From NCBI GenBank assembly GCA_034780895.1, contig JAUZTB010000078.1:5910232-5974231 (forward strand): a stretch of 64,000 nucleotides of DNA. Direction: 5' to 3'. This document shows positions 28,263 through 38,600 of this stretch, piece by piece. The notes below the pieces were generated by a model. That model made no database searches, was not told the DNA's origin, and saw nothing but the letters and a program-made list of their open reading frames with translations. The translations under genes were made by a program, and so were the position numbers. How positions within the stretch are numbered: the stretch's first letter is position 1; each line of letters starts with the position of its first letter. This DNA comes from Rhynchobatus australiae. Its lineage: Eukaryota.

Positions 28263-28450
28263 TTTGATTTCGTTAAATTCAAAAAAGCCCTTGCCCCGCT
28301 CCTGGAGAATTTTCTAGCTCCGGAAGAACCGCCCTCCGCCGCCGATTGGTCTCCCCTTTGCGTCGACGCGAGGGGCCTTTCGTTTCTGATTGGATATCGG
28401 GTATGTCGTTCAAAAGACGTAAAGGGTACCTATTTGCATAATAGTATCAT
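27540..28450 (-). promoter_or_regulatory. CpG island / promoter and 5' intron of gene A
   Basis: High CpG density; CCAAT boxes (minus strand) 28345-28349 and 28389-28393, octamer ATTTGCAT 28432-28439, ETS CCGGAAG ~28320, YY1-like CCGCCATTTT ~27628-27637. Confidence 0.75.
28244..28262 (-). CDS. AKAP8L: Gene A coding exon 1 (MDSWYS-G)
   Basis: aaaATGGATTCTTGGTACTCAG|gtaaac in a CpG island; 19 nt, phase 1, same size as gene B exon 1; resembles the AKAP8 N-terminus MDQGYG. Confidence 0.8.
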
Positions 28451-28759
28451 TGTCTCAAGGATCAGCGACCAAGCTTATTTCACTCAGCGACAACTTCCAC
28501 TTCTGTGGAGTCCGTATCATGGCAAAATGGGTTATAGTTACGTGAAATATTACAAGGTTGAGGCGTGATCAAAGAGGAAGGATTAGACTTCACATCTATG
28601 CTCTCTTGTCCTCTGCCTCAGGTCCACGTTTCCATCTTATCCTCGTTACTCCAAGTGTTCAGAAGGAGGTTCACACTTCTGCACGAAGAACAGTCTTCAC
28701 TCGTCCAAATGGTGCACTTCATCTTCTGAGACAAACCTTAGCTTTAAGGTTTCCAACCA

Positions 28760-29885
28760 GAGGAAAATAGCCACTTGAGGTTCCCCTTGTCCTTACCTAT
28801 AACCCCACGAGCCTCCACATCCAACATAATTCGCCGCAACTTCCGGCACCTCCAACGGGATCCCACCACCAGGCACATCTTCCCCTCCCCACTTCTGCTT
28901 TCCGCAGGGATCGCTTTCTCCGCGACTCGTCCACTCATCCCTCCCCAATGATGACCCTCCTGGCACTTATCCCTGCAATCATACTAAGTGCTACACCTGT
29001 CCCCACACCTCCTCCCTAACCACCACTCAGGGCCTTAGACAGTCCTTCCAGCTGAGACAGCGCTTCACCTGTGAGTCCGAGGGTGTCATTTATTGCATCT
29101 GATGCTCCTGGTGCAGTTTCCTCTACATCAGTGAGACTCAATGCAGATTGGTCGAACCACTTTCCCTGAGATTCCACCCACTCATCCCCATTCCACAGCA
29201 CCTTCCCCTGTAACCATAGGAGGTGCTACAATTGTCCCTTACTACCATCCAGGGACCTAAACAGCCCTTCCAGGTGAGGCAGATATCCACATGCACCTCT
29301 CCAAACCTGATCTATTGCATTCATTGCTCGCAACGTGACCTCCTCTACATCGATGAAACCAGGCATCGGCTCGGCGACGGTTTTGCAGAGAACCTGTCTT
29401 CAATGGCCATCCTGAACTTCCAGTTGCATATTTTCTCAACTCCTCTTCTCATTCCCACACCAATTGTCTGTCCTTCCTTCTTCACTGCCACTGTGAGGCC
29501 AAATGCAAACTAGAAGAACACCACCTATTCTGCTTGGGTAGCTTACAACCCAATGGTATGAACATAAAATTTTCCAATTTCAGATAACCCTCTGTGTTCC
29601 TTTCTCACTCCCACAATTCACCCAGGTTCTCTTTCTCTTTGTTCACCTTTTCCACCCCTGTCACCTCCCCCACCTGGATCCATCTGCCCATCTTTCGCCT
29701 CCTCATCTGGCTCCATCTGTCACCTACTGTAGTAACACCTCCCCCATACTTATATATACTGCTGATCTTTCCTCTTCACTCTCCTGAAACCTGATTCAGG
29801 GTCTTGATCTGAAATGTTGACACATCCCTTTTGCCTCCACAGATACTGCTTGCCGCACTTTCTTCCAGCAGTTTTTTTTTTGTAG
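28760..29885 (+). mobile_element. Penelope-like element remnant (two GIY-YIG endonuclease fragments plus 3' region)
   Basis: FTCESEGVIYCI.C..C.FLYISET and STCTSPNLIYCIHCSQRDLLYIDETRHRLGD repeated in tandem. Confidence 0.75.
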
Positions 29886-29899
29886 CAGGCACCAGTGAT

Positions 29900-30440
29900 C
29901 CCTGTCCTCCCATGTACTTCTTAAGACCTCCACTGCCAACAGCAGTCATCTCAAGGCACTTGAAAGGTACCATCCATCTTGTCTCTGCAAATTCACTGGA
30001 AGGATAAGTCAACCATTGGCCTCTTCCAGTCCAACATCCCAAGATCAAGTTCAACTCACTCAGCTCCGTAGGATAGGAGACTTCTGGTGATGGGCATACA
30101 AAAGACATGCACTCCATGAGCTCTGCCTTGGAAGAGATTACCAGTGGGACAGAGGAAAAATTCAAAACTGTGCTCAAAGCTTCCTTGGAAAATATACTAC
30201 ATTCCCAATGACTTTTGGGAATCTCTGGCCCATGAGCAATGGGGATAGTACTGAGAACCGTGAGGCCATGCATTGAAAATATTCAGAAGCCCTGCATAAA
30301 CAGCAGAAGAGCACCCCACCCCACAAACTACCCACCTACCTGCCTGGCACCACCTGGGCCATCAATTCCCACACTGGCACTGCAGAACACACAAACTGGA
30401 AATGGAAGCAAGTCATCCTAAATCCTGAAAGACTGAAGAA
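29900..30440 (+). mobile_element. RTE-clade LINE 3' fragment
   Basis: Decayed GQRKxFKxVLKASL...WESLAH-like segment; related pieces at 38280-39250, 41920-42480, 43160-43640. Confidence 0.6.
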
Positions 30441-30904
30441 AAGTTATTTGTAGTAACATGTCTTTACTAGTCTACTCAAATCCTCTTGCAATAAAGACAT
30501 ACTATTTGTCTTCCTAATTACCTTCTACATGTTAGCTTACAAAGACTTGTTTCCAGAGGCATCAGGTCTCTTTGAAAATCCACATTTCCCAATATGTCAT
30601 CATTGAAAAGATACACTGCTTTCTGTTTTGTGTGCTTAAGTAGACAAAGCTCACTCTTTTCCACATTGTACTCCATCTGGCATCCATTAGCCCATCTCAT
30701 TTATGTCCCCTAAAAATCACTTTGCATCTTTCTTCCCATTTACAATCCCACCTAGTTTTGTAAGTATGACCGGGCAAACTTTACATCTTTAAGTCATTGG
30801 AAATACTAGCAATTCAGCAGCATCTGCAGAGAGGGTGCTAATGTTTCTTATTGTACAGCTTATGGTGTCAGGCGAAAAATGCCCTTTAGGTTATCTGTAG
30901 TTTG

Positions 30905-31590
30905 TGTTACGAGTCAGGTTACTATTTGGTGAATGTCCCTTTAAGGCATCTGGACAGTAGAGTAGTGGTGTGTGTGTGTGTGTGTGTGTGGTGTCGTCAG
31001 GACAGCAAGATTATAACAATGTGCTGGCTGTTTTGCTCAGTGAGTTGAGAAGAGAGAGACAGACACTGACACTGACTGCTGGTGTCTGTATCGATGAATG
31101 AAGAACAATAGCTGTGTTTGTCACTACAATCCATGTATGCATTTTTGGAGCAAACAATTGGAGTCCACATTGTCGTTAACCTGTAATGGGAATCAGGTAT
31201 TTCTGTGGGCAGCTACGTATCGAATGCCTTCGGGGTGGCAAACACTTCGGAACAAAGCAATGGAGATCATCAGTGATTGAGGTGTCATATGGGTTCCATT
31301 GCGGAACATGTGGATTTTGTAAATTCGCTCTACATTTTCTCTTCAAGTCAACGGTAGTTTTGCAAAAGCCTTTGTTCACGTTTCACCTGATGACTTACTG
31401 AACAGAGCTTTGAGAACTATTCGTAGACTTGGAAGTTTGGGAATTTGCCACACACACACTTTGAATTTAGTTCTGGGGATTATGTCTGATATCTAACGTT
31501 TTTACTTATTATTACAAGTAGTTATTAATAAAATAGTTTCTAATACTTATACCTGACTCAGTGTGTTTCTGTTGTTGCTGGTTCGTAACA
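30905..31590 (+). mobile_element. Solo LTR (686 bp) with 5-bp target site duplication
   Basis: Termini TGTTACGA...TCGTAACA (perfect 8-bp inverted repeat), flanked by GTTTG on both sides; internal AATAAA 31527-31532 and a (TG)n run. Confidence 0.85.
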
Positions 31591-31659
31591 GTTTGTCTAA
31601 GCAAGGTCTTTGAAGGGCACCAAATTGTGTATTACATTAAATCACTTATTTAATTTACA

Positions 31660-32670
31660 GTAAGGGGAGCGCACGGCTGGCATGCCCACGTGACCTCCCC
31701 GGCTCCGGGCTCGGATCACGTGACTCACCCAGCCCGGAGCGCGTCTCACGTACCCCGCCCTCCCCGGCTCATTTGACGTCATCAAGGCCCGAACATTTCT
31801 TACAGAAGCGGGATCACAATGGACGGTCGCTACGGAGGTTAGTGTGCTCGGGATTTTCCCTTTGCTGATTTTCATGCATCAATAAAGCACACAGTTGTGT
31901 TATGGAAAACAAGTCACAAGTATTGCTGCTGATGTCGCTGCGACGTGATCGCTGCAAATAATTCCTCGATTGGGACTGCCTTAGTTACTGGCTTATATTT
32001 CCTCATCTGATTGGCTGAGCCGCTGCCAGAGCTCCATGTGATTGGTTAACGGCGCTGTCTATCACCATCCGCCAGCTTGGCTCTCTCCCTACAGAGCTGG
32101 GGCTGACGCGTTTATCTTTTACTCGTGTGGTGTTTAAAGTCAACGAGATCACACGGGCGTGCATGGAAGATGCCGTTCCGAAGTAGAACTGATTTCCTTA
32201 TGATTAAAACGTGGATCTTTCTGCGTGCGATGGTGTGCGTGGCACGCGCTTTCCACGTGTGGTTGCGAGTTTAAATGACGTTTTTTTAAAAACTTAATTT
32301 TATTTAGGCTGGAGCCCTGGATTCGTGTGCTTTTGATTTATTTTAATACGGTGTGTTGGTCCCGGGGATGAGAGGATGATCACTAGAGAGGAGCTCTCCC
32401 GCCCCCTTCCTCCGGCAGTCGCTGGCTCCAACGCCACAAAATGGCGTCGGGCTCCTTCCCGCCCCCGCCCCGGGCGCACGCGCGCTCCCGCACTCGCGCA
32501 CGCGCGCAGGGGCGGCGGGGTCCCGAGGCTACACATGGCGCACCTTTTGGAGAGTCTCGGTCGCTTCCCTCCATGCCGACGCTGCCTCCACCCCACTCTT
32601 ATAAATCCTTGGCCCTGCTAAAACTGCGGACGGAGACCCTCTACCTGCAACGGATGCCCCCCCCGCCCTC
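31660..32670 (+). promoter_or_regulatory. CpG island / promoter and 5' intron of gene B
   Basis: E-boxes CACGTG at 31687 and 31717, full CRE TGACGTCA 31774-31781, GC box, intronic ATTGG pair, YY1-like AAAATGGCG ~32438. Confidence 0.78.
31819..31837 (+). CDS. AKAP8L: Gene B coding exon 1 (MDGRYG-E)
   Basis: acaATGGACGGTCGCTACGGAG|gttagt in a CpG island; 19 nt, phase 1. Confidence 0.8.
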
Positions 32671-35600
32671 TGTAAGAATCCTGTTAAAATATTTTCTCAT
32701 ACTAATTATTTTAGCCAAGATCGTATCAGGACACACAGCAGGAACATGGAACACTACAGCACAGTACAGGCCCTTTAGTCCACAATGTTGTGCCGACATT
32801 TTATACTGCTCCAAGATCCAGCTCACCCTTTCCTCCCATATAGCTCCCCCCNNNNNNNNNNNNNNNNNNNNNNNNNNNNNNNNNNNNNNNNNNNNNNNNN
32901 NNNNNNNNNNNNNNNNNNNNNNNNNNNNNNNNNNNNNNNNNNNNNNNNNNNCCCCCCCCCCCCCCCCCATTTCTCTATCATTCATGTGTCTATCTAGGAG
33001 TCTTTTAAATGTCCCTAATGTATCTGCCCCACAACATCTATTGGCAGTGCGTTCCATGCATCCACCACTCTTGTGTAAAAAAAAACTTGCTCCTGACATC
33101 TGCCTTATACCTTCCTCCACCTTAAAATTAAGTCCCATTGTGTTAGCCATTGTCGGAGTGGGAAAAAGTCTCTTGACTGTCCGCTTGATCTATGCCTCTT
33201 ATCATCTTGTACACCTTTATCAAGTCATCTCTCATCCTCCTCCTCTCTAAAGAGAAAAGCCCTAGCTCACTCAACCTATCCTCATAAGACATGCTCTCCA
33301 ATCGAAATGTCAACAGTTCCTCTTCCTCACACCCTACCCCCAAAGTTCCTCCAGCAAATTGTGTGTTGCTCCAAATTTCAGCATCTGCAGACTCTTGTGT
33401 CTCCATATATTTCTGCCCTGCACTCATTTTCCCTGTGCTCTTACTCTTTTTTGAGCCTCCAGCAACTTGTGTCTCAATCGGATTGATACCAGCAAGGTTG
33501 TCTTTTTTGGCCATTCCCAATTTCCTTAAGGTGCTGGTGGGCCTTCCTTGAAGCATTTATTGACCAATGGGGCATTTACAGTTCCTGTGAAATGAGCATT
33601 GGTGGGCATAGAAGCTGGGAATGCTCAGCTGGTCAGGCACCATCTATAGAGAAGGAAACAAGTTGAGCATATTAACATACATGCTGCAACCATAGAAGGA
33701 GATCATTCAGCTCAGCAAATACAAGACTCAGCAGAGCAGTCCCACCACTCTTGTAGCACTGTAATTTATTCACAGTTGTCCACCAACTTTCCTTTTTGTA
33801 TCTTTTGCTACTTAAATGAAGCAACAATTTATAGCAACTAGTCACCTACCTGCACGTCTCTGGGTTTGGAAGGAATCTTGAACAGCTGGAGTAAGCTCAT
33901 AGGAGAACATACAAACTCCAGATAGCCAACACCTGAGGTCAAAGTTGCACGCAGATCTTTGGAGCAGTGCTGCCACTCTGATATCCCTAATTGTTTCTCT
34001 TTCCACTGATAGCATTTGACCTGCTGACTTCTGTAAACTTTTTAAGATTTTCTGCATCCCAAATTTTTTTTTTGTTTTTTGATTACTGTCTGGCAATTGG
34101 ACTTCAGGAAAGCATTGCAGCTGCTCTGTACATGCTTATTCAATGTGGAGAGCAGTAACTTAATTGCAATGATTTTCCAACCATCCATAAATCACTATAA
34201 TAAAAACAAAACTCGCTAGAAATACAACAGGATAGACAGAAAGAGAAACAGTTATGTTTGTAAATGCCCAGTCAATTTGAGAATATGGCTGTCTTGGCTT
34301 CATGATATGCTGTACAGAATTTAATTGTCCTTTAAATATTTAAATAAATATTTATCTAATCTTCCCCTTGCTAGATTGAAACATGTCTGGTATCAGCATC
34401 ACTTATTGAAACGGAATTCAATGGTCAGTTCTATAATATCTCCATGGCTTGAATCCCTCTCCATAAAGAGAAGAAACAATATCCAGTATTGCAAAATATA
34501 TCTATCCTTGACCTGTAGTTTGGGTGTTTTAAATGTGACATCATTGAGGGAAATTGTAGTTGCATCTATGCTACCAAAGAACATGGATGATTTTGGCGAT
34601 AAAGTTTGTGCTGGACTGCTTTTGTAGTTTTGTTGATTGCACTTGAATTTCATCCAGTTTACTTAAGGATTGTACTTCATTGATTTTTTAGCTGGTGTGA
34701 TCTTTGTCCCTTTGTCTTATGCATTCAGAACTGAAAGAGACATTGGCATTGCAAATGCAATAATTGACCATTCAGACTGGTATCTGAGAAGTATTAATGT
34801 TGTTTGAAGCAATATTCAGATATGGATGTAGAGTATGCTTAGCAGATGTAATATGCTTCCCTATTTGAAATTCCCCAGATGCTTTAATTATCCCTACAGC
34901 CACACAATGTCACAGTTGCTAATTAAACAATGAGTAAAGATGAATAGAAATGAATGGGGATTATGCCCTATCCATCTATACGTTCCCAACTTTTAGGTAT
35001 CAACTGTTTCAAAAAAAAATTCTATTCAACCTTACTTGCTCTTAGCCAACTGCCTTTTGATGCATTATATTTTAATAGTCAACAGGAGAACCATTGTGGC
35101 CCAATCCTGAGTCCACATTGGATCTGGATGACATAGAACATTACGGGCCCTTCGCCCACGATGTTGTGCCAACCTATATAAATTTTATCCACATTCTATC
35201 TATCCCCCTCTCTACTTCACCTCCTATACCCCTCTATTTTTCTTTCATCTATATGNNNNNNNNNNNNNNNNNNNNNNNNNNNNNNNNNNNNNNNNNNNNN
35301 NNNNNNNNNNNNNNNNNNNNNNNNNNNNNNNNNNNNNNNNNNNNNNNNNNNNNNNCTATACCCCTCTATTTTTCTTTCATCTATATGCCCATCTAAGAGT
35401 CTCTTAAATGACCCTATCGTATCTGCCCCTACTATCCCACCCCCAGCAGTGCATTCCAGGCACCCGCCACTGTGTTTTTAAAAAAACCTATCTCTGACAT
35501 CCCTCCTAAACTTTCCTCCATGCACCCTAATCAGGTGACCTCTAGTATTGGCCATTACCATCCTGAGGAAAAGATGCTGGCTGTCCACTCTGTCTATGCC

Positions 35601-38600
35601 TCTCATAATCTTATATACATCAATCAAGTCTCTTCTCATCCTCCATCTCTTGAAGGAGAAAACCCCTAACTTGCTCAGCCTCTCCTCATAAGATATGTTT
35701 TCCAATTCAGGCAGCATTCTTGTAAATCTCTTCTGCACCCTCTCCAAAGCTTCCACATCCTTCCTATAAAGTGGTGACCACATTATTCCAGATGTGGTCT
35801 GACCAGTGTCTTATAGAGCTGCAACATTACCTCTCTGCTCTTGAACTCAATCCCCCAACTAAGGCTAGCACACTATATACCTTTTTAACCACCCTGTAAA
35901 CTTGCAGGGCAGATTTGAGGGATCTTGTTCTAGAACCCCAAGATCTCTCTCTTCCTCCATACAGCTAAGAATCCTGTCATTAACCATGTACTCTGCCTTC
36001 AAGTTAGATATTCCAAAGTGTATTACTTCACACTTCTCCAGATCGAACTCCATCTGCCATTTCTCTGCCCAGCTTTGCATCCTGTCAATATCCTGTTGCA
36101 ACCTACGACAACCTTCTGCAGTATCTATTACACCACCAATCTTCGTGTCATCTGCAGACTTACCAACCCACCCTTCCACTTCTTCATCCAAGTCATTTAT
36201 AAAAATCACAAAGAGCAGGGGACCCAGAACAGATCCCTCCGAAACCCCACTAGTCACTGACCTCCAGGTTGAATGCTCCCCTTCTACAACCACCCTCTCC
36301 TTTCTGTGGGCAAACCAATTCTGAATCCACATTGCCAATTTTCCATGGATCCCATACCTCATGACTTTCTGGATGAGCCTACCTTGGGGAACCTTGACAA
36401 ATGCCTTGCTAAAATCCATATATACCACATCCACTGCTCTACCTTTACCAATCTGTTTTGTCACTTCCTCAAAAAACTCTTAGTAGGCTCGTGAGGCATG
36501 ACCTGCCCATTACAAAGCCATGTTGACTGTCCCTTATAAGACTCTGCATCTCCAAATGCTCATAAATCTTGTCCCTAAAAATTCTTTCCAATAGCTTGCC
36601 CCCACTGACATAAGACTAACTGGTCTATAATTCCCAGGATTATCCCATTTACCTTTCTTGAACAATGGAACAATATTTGCCATCTTCCAATCCTCTGGTA
36701 CCACTTCTGTGGCCAGAGAGGACTCAAAGATCATTGTTAACACTCCAGCAATCTCTTCCTTCACTTCCCATAGTACCAAAGGATATATCCTATCTGATCC
36801 CAGGGACTTATCTATTCTAATGCTCTTTAGTAGCTCCAACACTGGTTCTTTCTTAACCTCAACATGCCCCAGCACATTTCCCTGTCCTTTGCTAACCTCC
36901 CCTTCATCTAAGTCCCTCTCCTTGGTGAACACAAGTAAAGTATTCATTCAGAACCTCCCCTACATCCTTCGCCTCCAGACACAATTTTTCCCCCATTATC
37001 CCTGAGCAGACCTACCATCACCCTAGTCATCCTCTTGTTCCTCACATATGTGTAGAACGCCTTAGGGTTTTCATTAACCTTACTTGCCAAGGCCGCCTCA
37101 TGCCCCCTTCTAGCTCTCCTAAGGCCCTCCTTAAGCTCCTTCCTGACTACCACATAACTCTGACTGACTGATTTTTGCTTCCTGAACCTTAAATAAGCTT
37201 CCTTCTTCCTCTTGACTAATTGCAACCTTCATTCCGATTTTGTTATTGTTAACAAGCAAGAGTCAAAAGTCAAAACTACTATGCGAAGGTCTGTGATTTT
37301 GGTGAAATTTAAAAGAAATCCTTTCCAACACTTGTAGTGATTCCTACCACTTTTTTTCATGGCTATTGTCCTGATTCTCAAACAGTTGCAAACCTGTATT
37401 CAAACTGTATTCATGAATTATAATAAGAGGACCTTTTAATTAAGATAGTATATGCAGCTTTGGAAATGGAGATAAAATTCAATGTTATCCTCAACCTTTG
37501 CGGATTAGAGTAATGCTTGTCACAAGAGATTCTACAGATGTGGGAATCTGAAGCAACATGTACTAAAAGTGCTGGAGGAACTCAGCAGGCCAGGCAGCCC
37601 CTATGGAGAGAAATAAACAGTCAACATTTTGGGTCGAGACCCTTTAGGACTGGAAAGGAAGAGGGCAGAAACGAGAAGCCAGAGTAATGCTTGTGCTGCC
37701 TTAAGTCACTTTGGCCTGGTGATTGTACATTAGTGACTTTGTATGTAGGACTTGAATGTTGAATGTTAATAGGATATTGAATAAAAGGCATCCCAGACAA
37801 GCCATTTTTTTTTATTCTCATGGAACTACACATGCAGATTTACCACCATAGCAAATAGGTTCCTAACCAATTTTTTGTGATTGCAAGTTGAAAATTAAAT
37901 CTACTACAGTGCTGATAGTCAAAGTTGAGCTTTGGAGCAAAACTATTCATGAAGTCTGTTTCCTACTTGAGAATAATTTACTTCCCTCATGAATATTTCC
38001 TTCCCTGCATTTGATCAGTATCATAAAGAAAGCTTTTTGACTTGAAACATTAGTTCTTTCTCTTTGCACAGATGCAGCCTGACCTGCTGAGTATCTCCAG
38101 CATCTTCTGTTTCTGTTTCAGATTTCCAGCATCTGCAGGAACAGTAACCATAAATACATAATTAAATAGTTTAATGCTTTGGGAATACTTTGCTGAAGTG
38201 AAGGGATTTGGTGTGGTGTGTGAGGGGAAGGTGTAGGGTATTGAAATTGAACTAATTTTCCAATATTCAGCCCTTCAGTTCTTTGGGGTTGAAGATAATT
38301 TACTTCCGCTGTAATTCTGTGGGTCCTGAGGTGACCAAGTAGTGTTGTGTGGGAACTGCAGAGTTTACTACAGGTGGACATGTGGTGGTTTGACTGGAAA
38401 GATGGGTGGGTTATTTGAGATGTGTGCTCCTTCTGTTTGGATATGATCCCCATATCATCTGATTATAGAGGCTTGGGCTGTCCTCCAGGCCGCTTCTCTA
38501 TTTTGAAATGTCTTGGTGCCACAGATTCCCGTGAGTTTTTGAAAATATTGCTTTTTTCAAGATTTTTAGAACACTTTACAAGGTTTCTCTGGCCTGCTGG

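Noticed and set aside
32441-33250. 269-aa ORF starting at AAAATGGCG
   Set aside because: Runs through a GC-rich island, an N-gap and antisense CR1; the ATG is part of a YY1-like motif; no protein-like features
35223-35387. ~32-bp direct repeat flanking a 100-N gap
   Set aside because: Identical overlap on both sides of a gap, typical of unmerged contig ends
35865-36464. 199-aa reverse transcriptase ORF as a host gene or active element
   Set aside because: Part of a frameshifted, truncated CR1 copy
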